Positions 8,008 through 15,339 of a DNA stretch of 62,015 bases are shown here, piece after piece. A program made the position numbers and the translations under genes. The stretch covers positions 1 through 62,015 of the forward strand of contig JAQTXJ010000003.1 of the NCBI GenBank assembly GCA_028688815.1. Direction: 5' to 3'. A model generated the notes under the pieces. That model had not been told where the DNA came from and did not search any database. It saw only the letters and a program-made list of their open reading frames with translations. Position 1 is the stretch's first letter; every line of letters begins with the position of its first letter. The stretch is from a bacterium (GTDB taxonomy: Bacteria; Hydrothermota; UBA3073; JACQXS01; JAQTXJ01).

Positions 8008-9789
8008 ATGCTCATAGCAGCTTTGTTTGTATTTATTGTTACAAGCTCCGATAGTTCTGTAATAAGCCAGACAAGTTTTGAAGGAGCTGTAACATCTGAC
8101 AATCTGGCGGACGAGTTACAGACTTTAAAAGATAACCCTATTTCTATAAACACTGCCAAAGAACAAGAATTTCTTTCTATATACTGGATTACTCCCGAAC
8201 TGGCAAAATCAATTATTCAGACAAGACAAACATCAGGGGAGTTTAAGAAAATAAACGAGCTCAAAAATGTACCGGGGATGACAGGGGAAATTCTTAAACT
8301 CATAACCCCTTATATAAGAGTAGATGTCCCTCAAAAACATGATAATTATTCCATACAAATGCGCCAACGGGTACAGAATAACTTGCCTGAGATAGAAGAC
8401 ACTGCCGGAATTCCATACAAAACATATACGCGGTTAAAAGTTGATTATAAAAGAGTTTCATCCTCGGCGTTGATAGAAAAAGATTACTATGAAAAAAGTT
8501 ATTATGATTTTACCTCTGTCGGAGTAATGTTACAAAATTATGGAATCGTAGAAAAAATTGTAGCAGGTGACTATGTTCTGGATTTTGCCGAAAATTTGTT
8601 TTTTGGCATCCCACCGGGAGTTACATTTAAATCCCAGGGAATGATTAAAGGAAGATCAAAAGGCATAAAACTGAATACAACTTCAGGAGAAAATAATTTC
8701 TTACGGGGAACTGCCATAGAATTAAAACCCGTGCATTCTATAAAAAACTATTTGTTTTTTGCAAGCACTCCGATAGATGGGAAAATAGAAGGAGATGAAA
8801 TTAAAATATATTATGATTACGAAGGAGACCATTCGACTTCAACCGGAATGGAGAAAAAAGACAGAATCAAAGAAAATTTACTCGGGACAAGATTAGAATA
8901 TAACAATAAATTAAAAGTCGGAACGACTGTTTGTAGAAATACATATTATTCAAACCCCGAAGGGAATGAATTAGGAACACACAATATATTTAGTATGGAT
9001 TTATCGGGTTCATATGCGGGTATAGAATGGTTTACTGAAACGGGCAAGTGTGATAGTGTTTGGGCAGGGGTAGTCGGGTTAGAATACCGGAAACCGGAAT
9101 GTAAAATTGGTTCTCTTTACAGATATTATCCTTCTTTGTTTTACACTTTTCATGGTACGCCATTTAGTGATAGGTCTATAACTACTGCCGGAGAATTGGC
9201 AGAAAAAGGAAATTATTTATATGTCGGATATAAGGTTTCAAACAATACTTTTCTTAATTGTTATTATGATTTTTTTGCCCGGTTGCCTAATTCGGATTTA
9301 ACAAAACCTGTTTCAAATGGCACGGAGTATTCTTTTGATGTGGAACAAAAAATTAATAATATTATCGCCCTTACTGGAAAATATGCGTATAAAAAATTAG
9401 ACGAGTCTATAGACCAACAATTTAGAGTACAAACGGATATATCCTGCAGGAACACAATAAATTTTAGATTTAGAGTTGAAAGAATGACAACAGAAAGTAG
9501 TACGGGAAATTCAGGATATGTGGGAATAGGAGGAAGAGCTTTTAAGAAATTATTTTTTGATACAAGAGTAGCTTTATTTGAAACCGCGCCTTTAATGTAT
9601 GAATATGAAGCGGATTTGCCGGGATTAATGACGAATCAATGTATAAGCGGGAAAGGGAAGAGATTGTATTTGTTTCTGAAATATAATATTCATCCTGCTT
9701 TAAGTATTAGTGGGAAATGTTCGATGTTGTCTAAAGAGGGGACTTCGGCTAGTCAGAAATATGGAGTACAGATAGATTTTAAAAAATAG
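8008..9789 (+). CDS. ComEA-like helix-hairpin-helix domain fused to a large beta-rich (outer-membrane-like) domain
   Basis: HhH segment ISINTAKEQEFLSIYWITPELAKSIIQTRQTSGEFKKINELKNVPGMTGEILKLI. The remaining ~480 aa contain alternating beta-strand-like segments (YTRLKVDYKRV, GTRLEYNNKLKVG, FRVQTDISCRNTINFRFRVE). Confidence 0.6.
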   Translation: MLIAALFVFIVTSSDSSVISQTSFEGAVTSDNLADELQTLKDNPISINTAKEQEFLSIYWITPELAKSIIQTRQTSGEFKKINELKNVPGMTGEILKLITPYIRVDVPQKHDNYSIQMRQRVQNNLPEIEDTAGIPYKTYTRLKVDYKRVSSSALIEKDYYEKSYYDFTSVGVMLQNYGIVEKIVAGDYVLDFAENLFFGIPPGVTFKSQGMIKGRSKGIKLNTTSGENNFLRGTAIELKPVHSIKNYLFFASTPIDGKIEGDEIKIYYDYEGDHSTSTGMEKKDRIKENLLGTRLEYNNKLKVGTTVCRNTYYSNPEGNELGTHNIFSMDLSGSYAGIEWFTETGKCDSVWAGVVGLEYRKPECKIGSLYRYYPSLFYTFHGTPFSDRSITTAGELAEKGNYLYVGYKVSNNTFLNCYYDFFARLPNSDLTKPVSNGTEYSFDVEQKINNIIALTGKYAYKKLDESIDQQFRVQTDISCRNTINFRFRVERMTTESSTGNSGYVGIGGRAFKKLFFDTRVALFETAPLMYEYEADLPGLMTNQCISGKGKRLYLFLKYNIHPALSISGKCSMLSKEGTSASQKYGVQIDFKK

Positions 9790-9794
9790 AGCCG

Positions 9795-11639
9795 CTATTT
9801 GTATTTAATAAACTTTGTTGTTTCTAGTATGCCTGATTTATTTCTTTCCATGTTAGAAAGCACAACAAGATAAACTCCCTTTGATTTAAGGGTAGGTTTG
9901 AATTCGTATTTATGATTGGTAATCGTTCCCTTGAAGAGAGTGGTTATTTTTTCACCTGCAGAATTATATATAGAAACTTCAGCGTTGTTAATTGGTCGTT
10001 CAACGGATAATAAAATTTTATCTCCTGATACAAATAATTTTGTTTGCGTTTTTGCGGATGTATTTTCTGTTATTCCGCCGGCTATCGGGAGCGTATCCGT
10101 AAACCATACTTTATAAAGAACGGCAACATCTACCGGGGTGCTTATAGTAGGAGTAAATTCAACTTTATATTGGAAAAACTGAGCATGAGGATTGGCAGGC
10201 AAGGCAAAACTGTCAATTTTGTTTGCCGCAGTATATGGTCCATCCCACGCTTTAGAAACTATGTTTCCTGCAATGGTGTCTGCGCGCCAGTAAAAATTCA
10301 AAGTTCCGGAATCCGGGAGACAAGTTTCCCAACCAAACCATTGAAGACTACGGTTTTGGTTGCTGAATTGAAGTATTGAAGATTCGATATGTCCGTACTT
10401 TGCAAAACCGGTAAGCATTTGGTTTTCAAAAACCGTATGCTCTCCCAAGTTGGAAACAAGTAAGTCTACACTGGGAATGCATTTTGGTCCCATTGGAGCC
10501 GCATATATCCAGTGAGAGCCGCTCGCAGGGCTTATGTCATAAAGACTAAAGTCTAACGGGCTCCCAGGGTTTTGACGAAAGAACCCTACGTTGGCGCAAG
10601 TTCCGGCTATATCCGGGATACTGTCTAAGTCTATGTCGGCGGCTATCCCGCCATCGGTATATGCGCCTGTTTTAACTGTATCTGTTCCAGCTAATAATGT
10701 CCTTGTGAAATTAAATCCGGTGCCATCGTTAAGGAAAGCATCAAAACCTCCGTTATCGGCATCTCCACAAACGAGGTCTTTGTCCCCATCCATATCTATG
10801 TCTATTGCCCACGCACCATCATAATTTTTCCCTCCGATTGCAGAAAAGGACTGAGAAAAATGTCCTGTTTGGTCATTTAAAAAGATAAGGACGTTTCTGT
10901 GAACGGTATATAAATCAGGATACCCATCGCCATTGAAATCTGCAGGATAAACTCTCCATGCCTCATCGCCTGAAAAATCGACAATGGTGTCTTTTGTAAA
11001 TTGATTATTCCCGGAGTTGCTGAATAAATAAATATCTCCACAATAAGGGTAAGTGTCGTTGTTGTCTACCGCGATAATATCAATATCTCCATCAAGTTCA
11101 ACATCAGTTGCAGAAATCCTATGAAATCCTTTAGATGTGTCTATGATATGGCAAACCCATACGGGGTTTTGATTTTCATACCAGAATGCACCTTTTCTCC
11201 CGGCAACTAATACGTCTATATCGCCGTCTTTGTCAAGGTCGTAAGGATAAGTACACCAACAAATAGAGGCAGAAGCGCTATTGTCTATAATATTTTTTTG
11301 AAAAGTATATCCGCCTAAATTTTTATACCAGGCTATCTGAAGCGTGTCAGAACAAGCAATACAATCCGCTAACCCATCTTTGTCTATATCTGCGGGCATA
11401 AGTCCCTGGAAATATCCGGATATTGTGGGGGTTGCTTCTATAGTATGTTTCACCCAGTTGCTGTAAGTCCATTGTGTAGCTATAAGAGAAACCTGCCCTT
11501 CCGTTGCCGCAGTTATGCTATCGCCTGATAAATATCTGGTTGACCAGATGGTTACCGGCCCCTGTATTCCGGAACCTCCCATCCAGTCAGTTTGCACAAA
11601 TAAATTATTTATAATACAAGATAATATTAAAATCTGCAT
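9795..11639 (-). CDS. FG-GAP/VCBS repeat protein with T9SS C-terminal sorting domain
   Basis: Repeated loops DIDKDGLADC, DLDKDGDIDV, DVELDGDIDI, DFNGDGYPDL, DIDMDGDKDL. C-terminal VSIYNSAGEKITTLFKG...KGVYLVVL. Confidence 0.8.
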   Translation of the reverse strand: MQILILSCIINNLFVQTDWMGGSGIQGPVTIWSTRYLSGDSITAATEGQVSLIATQWTYSNWVKHTIEATPTISGYFQGLMPADIDKDGLADCIACSDTLQIAWYKNLGGYTFQKNIIDNSASASICWCTYPYDLDKDGDIDVLVAGRKGAFWYENQNPVWVCHIIDTSKGFHRISATDVELDGDIDIIAVDNNDTYPYCGDIYLFSNSGNNQFTKDTIVDFSGDEAWRVYPADFNGDGYPDLYTVHRNVLIFLNDQTGHFSQSFSAIGGKNYDGAWAIDIDMDGDKDLVCGDADNGGFDAFLNDGTGFNFTRTLLAGTDTVKTGAYTDGGIAADIDLDSIPDIAGTCANVGFFRQNPGSPLDFSLYDISPASGSHWIYAAPMGPKCIPSVDLLVSNLGEHTVFENQMLTGFAKYGHIESSILQFSNQNRSLQWFGWETCLPDSGTLNFYWRADTIAGNIVSKAWDGPYTAANKIDSFALPANPHAQFFQYKVEFTPTISTPVDVAVLYKVWFTDTLPIAGGITENTSAKTQTKLFVSGDKILLSVERPINNAEVSIYNSAGEKITTLFKGTITNHKYEFKPTLKSKGVYLVVLSNMERNKSGILETTKFIKYK

Positions 11640-11837
11640 TCATCCCCCTTAAATAAAAAATTATATCAATTATATTATGTGCCCTAAAATACATATTTGT
11701 CAATTTTAAAATAGAGTGTTGCAATTTGTCCTGTATCTTTTCCTTTTATTCTCTGTGATGCTCTTTATTAATTTTGTGGTTCTGGGTTTTATTCTATCTC
11801 TTTAGGTTCTCTTCACAGCCCTGTTAAAATTGGTTTT

Positions 11838-11868
11838 TAATCTCGTGTAAATCTTGTGAAATCTCGTG
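11838..11868 (+). promoter_or_regulatory. three contiguous helically phased direct repeats TAATCTCGTG / TAAATCTTGTG / AAATCTCGTG
   Basis: Read directly. Units are 10, 11 and 10 nt, and the array ends 17 nt upstream of the TTGACA at 11886. Confidence 0.5.
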
Positions 11869-11885
11869 GTTTAATTTTGTTTTTC

Positions 11886-11913
11886 TTGACACTTATTTAA
11901 ATATATCTAAAAT
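11886..11913 (+). promoter_or_regulatory. sigma70-like promoter TTGACA-16nt-TAAAAT, 8 nt from the ATG (leaderless-type)
   Basis: TTGACA 11886-11891, TAAAAT 11908-11913, ATG 11922. No SD lies between them. Confidence 0.5.
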
Positions 11914-11921
11914 TCTTTTAT

Positions 11922-12332
11922 ATGATTACTAACAAGATTAAACTACGCGTATCGTATGCTGATACAGACCAGATGAGTGTCGTATATTATTCCAGGTATT
12001 TTGAATACTTTGAGAGAGGAAGAACCGAGTTACTGCGGGAAATAGGGTTGCCTTATGCAGATATGGAAAAGAAAAACTTAAAACTTCCCGTGATAGAATC
12101 GCATTGTGAATACAAAAAAGGAATAAAATATGACGAACTAATTGTAATAAAAACCTGCCTTATTGAACTACCTAAATCTACGTTAAGAATGAACTACGAA
12201 ATTCTTGACGAGACGGAAAAAGAAATAAGGGCAAAAGGTTATACTATCCACTCTTTCGTTAACCAATATGGTAAAGCGGTTAGACCTCCTAAAGATTTTG
12301 TAGAGAGTATTGCAAAGCATATCGTTGGTTAA
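11922..12332 (+). CDS. acyl-CoA thioesterase, YbgC/4HBT hot-dog family
   Basis: RVSYADTDQMSVVYYSRYFEYFERGRTELLREIG matches the 4HBT catalytic region. Size is 136 aa. Confidence 0.8.
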   Translation: MITNKIKLRVSYADTDQMSVVYYSRYFEYFERGRTELLREIGLPYADMEKKNLKLPVIESHCEYKKGIKYDELIVIKTCLIELPKSTLRMNYEILDETEKEIRAKGYTIHSFVNQYGKAVRPPKDFVESIAKHIVG

Positions 12333-12388
12333 TAGCTAAAGCTATAGAATATCTGACATCGAAAAGAAAATCAAGCGGGAGGTGTTTT

Positions 12389-12928
12389 TTACCTTGTCCG
12401 AGGATTCCTCAATATCCATTGCACGGCTTCAAGAAAACTTTTCGCTATAAAATCAGGAGTTGTTTTGGTTTTTGTATCTTCACCGTACCCTGTTAATACA
12501 AGTACGGAAAGTACACCTTTGCCCTGTCCTAATTGTATGTCTTCTACCGAATCCCCTATCATATAGGATTGAGACAAATCTATATTTAATTCCTGCCGAG
12601 CTTGCTCAATCATCCCGGGTTTTGGTTTCCTGCAATTACAATTGTCTCCAGGGGCGTGTGGACAAAAATACACTTTATCAATAGACGCTTTGTTTTTTTG
12701 AAAATAGTCTAACACATATTGATGAACATTATTTAATTCTTCCAGAGAAAAATAACCTCTTCCTACGCCGGATTGATTCGTTACTACTGCAATTTTGAAC
12801 CCGGCTTCTTTTAATAACCGAATCCCCTCTACTGCTGTTGGTAAAATCTCAACGCCCGAAGGGTCTGAAAGATATCCCTTTTCCGTTATTATTGTCCCAT
12901 CGCGGTCTATAAAAACTGCTTTATTCAT
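12389..12928 (-). CDS. gmhB: D-glycero-D-manno-heptose 1,7-bisphosphate phosphatase (HAD-IIIA)
   Basis: AVFIDRDGTI, VVTNQSGVGRGYF and the zinc-loop CPHAPGDNCNCRKPKPGM. Confidence 0.8.
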   Translation of the reverse strand: MNKAVFIDRDGTIITEKGYLSDPSGVEILPTAVEGIRLLKEAGFKIAVVTNQSGVGRGYFSLEELNNVHQYVLDYFQKNKASIDKVYFCPHAPGDNCNCRKPKPGMIEQARQELNIDLSQSYMIGDSVEDIQLGQGKGVLSVLVLTGYGEDTKTKTTPDFIAKSFLEAVQWILRNPRTR

Positions 12929-13892
12929 ATAAGAACCCTCTCTTTTTCATCCATTCATCGTTAAAAATAGTATTAAGATAATTGCGTCCCGTGTCCGGAA
13001 GTATCACAACAATTATTTTATTTGTATCTAATTTTTTTGCTATTTCAATTGCTGCCCATACTGCTGCTCCTGCCGAGCTGCCCGAACAAATGGATTCTTC
13101 TCTCATTAACCTGCGCGCCATAATGAATGCGTCTTTATCTTTAATCTGAATAATGTCGTCAATAATATCAAAATTTAGAACCTTGCAAATCCTATTACTG
13201 CCAATGCCTTCAATGTCTTCGTCCCCTTCTGCGGCAACAAGTTTTTTGCTCTTAAAATACTCGTAATATACAGAACCTACTGGGTCAACTCCGATTGCTT
13301 TAATCCCCGGATTTTTTTCTTTCAGAAACTTGGCTGTCCCGGAAATCGTTCCGCCCGTTCCCATTCCCGCAACTAAATAATCTACGCGGTGTTCGGTTTG
13401 TTCCCAGATTTCGGGTCCCGTTGTTTCGTAATGCGCAGAAGCATTATCGGGATTATTAAACTGGTCTAAAAGAAAACTATCCGGAATGGATTCCGCAAGA
13501 GTTCTGGCAGTCAAATATGCAGATTTTGGAGAATCGGGAGGAACATCCGAAGGACATAAAACGACTTCTACTCCAAGTGATTTAAGCAAGCTATATTTTT
13601 GCGGACTTATTGTTTCGTTTGCAGTAACCTTTACTTTGTACCCTTTTACGGCTCCGTATATTCCCATTCCTATTGCAGTATTCCCGCCTGAACTGTCAAT
13701 AATCGTTGCTCCGGGTTTTAGTTTTCCGCTTTTCTCTGCCTTATTCAATATGTAAAACGCAGTCCTGCTTTTTATTGAAAACCCGGGATTTAAAAATTCA
13801 AGCTTTGCCAGAATAGTCCCCTTATTATTAACTTTATTAAGTTTTACAAGGGGGGTATTTCCTACACTTTCTAATAAACTTTTATTCCACAT
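12921..13892 (-). CDS. cysteine synthase / CBS-family fold-type II PLP enzyme
   Basis: GNTPLVKL, PLP-lysine motif NPGFSIKSR and glycine loop GMGTGGTISG. Overlaps the gmhB start by 8 nt. Confidence 0.8.
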   Translation of the reverse strand: MWNKSLLESVGNTPLVKLNKVNNKGTILAKLEFLNPGFSIKSRTAFYILNKAEKSGKLKPGATIIDSSGGNTAIGMGIYGAVKGYKVKVTANETISPQKYSLLKSLGVEVVLCPSDVPPDSPKSAYLTARTLAESIPDSFLLDQFNNPDNASAHYETTGPEIWEQTEHRVDYLVAGMGTGGTISGTAKFLKEKNPGIKAIGVDPVGSVYYEYFKSKKLVAAEGDEDIEGIGSNRICKVLNFDIIDDIIQIKDKDAFIMARRLMREESICSGSSAGAAVWAAIEIAKKLDTNKIIVVILPDTGRNYLNTIFNDEWMKKRGFLYE

Positions 13893-13931
13893 ACGTTTTT
13901 TATAATCTTAATTTTTTAATAGTCAACTTAT

Positions 13932-13974
13932 TTAGTTGGAGTTTTGTTCCATCTGTTCAGGAATATTACTCCAA
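13932..13974 (-). repeat. single copy (2 mismatches) of the 43-nt unit that is triplicated at 22741-22869
   Basis: The minus strand reads TTGGAGTAATATTCCTGAACAGATGGAACAAAACTCCAACTAA. It sits 1 nt after the nifU-like stop and 39 nt before the cysteine synthase ATG. The 5' flank ATAAG is shared with array copy 1. Confidence 0.85.
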
Positions 13975-13975
13975 C

Positions 13976-14200
13976 TTATGAAATTGCGATTACCTGTTTT
14001 ATTTCGGGAAGCTCATCCATAATTTTTTTCTCCACAAGTTTTGTAATGGTTACTTGTGCCATAGGACATCCATGACAAGCGCCCGTGAGTTTGACTTTAA
14101 CGATACCGTCTTTTACTTCAAGTACTTCCACATTTCCGCCGTCTCTTGCCAGAAGCGGTCTGATTCTTTCGTTCAATATTTTTTCGATAAGTTCATTCAT
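13976..14200 (-). CDS. NifU C-terminal-domain Fe-S cluster protein
   Basis: IRPLLARDGGNVEVLEVKDGIVKVKLTGACHGCPMAQVTI (CxxC of the Nfu/NifU C-domain). Size is 74 aa. Confidence 0.8.
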   Translation of the reverse strand: MNELIEKILNERIRPLLARDGGNVEVLEVKDGIVKVKLTGACHGCPMAQVTITKLVEKKIMDELPEIKQVIAIS

Positions 14201-15201
14201 TTCCCCCCCTCCTCTCCATCAAGTTCTAATACTGTTTCATATTTACTTCTCGGGTTCCATATAATGTATCCCCACGCTTTTGAATTTTGCACGGCTTCCG
14301 CTTGGTTTGCTACATAATCAGGCCCGAACCCTGGAGATCGCATTTTGAAACCCTGTATATAAGGCACAAATTTGGATTCGGGGATAACTATATCCCCTTT
14401 TGCCAGACTGTTAAAGATAAGACTATAATCTCTTTCTCTCGTATATTCACTTGCCGCGGCAAAGTGTGACGGGTAAAGCATAGGATAAATTACGTCAAGC
14501 CATTTTGCCATTAAATCAAGATTTTGTCCTTCGCACTTTAATGGCTGCCATAATGAGAATCCAAATACTGCGGCGCCAATATTTGCCCCAAGTGGATGCA
14601 AAGTTTTGTATGCAGTTTTAAGAAATTCTTCAATAGTAGTTTCTTTTTGTCCGTCAAGTCTGTATGGTCTGTAATCGCCATAAGAAGAAGGAAACCTAAT
14701 ATAATCAAACTGTATTTCTGTTACGCCGCGGGATACAAGTTCCTTGGCAATGTCAATGTTGTATTTCCAGACTTCCCTGTTGCAGGGATTCGTCCAGTAC
14801 ATTCCCTGCCCGTCACTCCATATTCTTCCGTCTTGTCCCTTTAGAGAATATTTTCCACCTTTATACCATGCGAACACCGAATCTTCAAACAAAACGACTC
14901 TTGCAATAAGTCGCAATCCTGCAGATTTGCATTGCGTAACTATGTTTTCAACGTTTAATAACGAATGTTCTGCCCCTGCATCTTTTACTAAAGGAAGATT
15001 GGTGTTATAAGTGACATACCCTGAAGCATCTTTGAAATCAATGACTACCGCATTTATCTCGCTCTCTTTTATATAAGCTAAATATTTTTCTAATTTTACT
15101 GCCGCGTAGGGGTATAAATATATACCTCTGTATGGAAATAGTTCCGGAGATGTGGCTTGCACCCTTGGCAACAGAATCAAAAAAAGTAAGTTAAGGTACA
15201 T
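14197..15201 (-). CDS. putative glycoside hydrolase (DUF4015/COG1306-type TIM barrel)
   Basis: RGIYLYPYAA...INAVVIDFKDASGYVTYNT...GLRLIARVVLFEDSVFA resembles the GHL/DUF4015 family pattern. N-terminal signal sequence. The stop overlaps the nifU-like ATG (ATGA). Confidence 0.55.
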   Translation of the reverse strand: MYLNLLFLILLPRVQATSPELFPYRGIYLYPYAAVKLEKYLAYIKESEINAVVIDFKDASGYVTYNTNLPLVKDAGAEHSLLNVENIVTQCKSAGLRLIARVVLFEDSVFAWYKGGKYSLKGQDGRIWSDGQGMYWTNPCNREVWKYNIDIAKELVSRGVTEIQFDYIRFPSSYGDYRPYRLDGQKETTIEEFLKTAYKTLHPLGANIGAAVFGFSLWQPLKCEGQNLDLMAKWLDVIYPMLYPSHFAAASEYTRERDYSLIFNSLAKGDIVIPESKFVPYIQGFKMRSPGFGPDYVANQAEAVQNSKAWGYIIWNPRSKYETVLELDGEEGGK

Positions 15202-15218
15202 AAAAAATAATCGGGATC

Positions 15219-15258
15219 GACAAGAAGCTCTTGGGCGAAGCCCTTAGAGATTCTTGTC
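15219..15258. repeat. long imperfect hairpin (8+4+4 bp, GAA loop) downstream of the Kelch gene
   Basis: GACAAGAAGCTCTTGGGC-GAA-GCCCTTAGAGATTCTTGTC. Pairing checked by hand. No U-tract. Confidence 0.6.
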
Positions 15259-15339
15259 CAGCTCCGCCGGACAACAACTTATGAATATTACGATATTGCT
15301 TAGCCCTGCTAAGTAACTATACTTCTCTTTAAGCTTATT

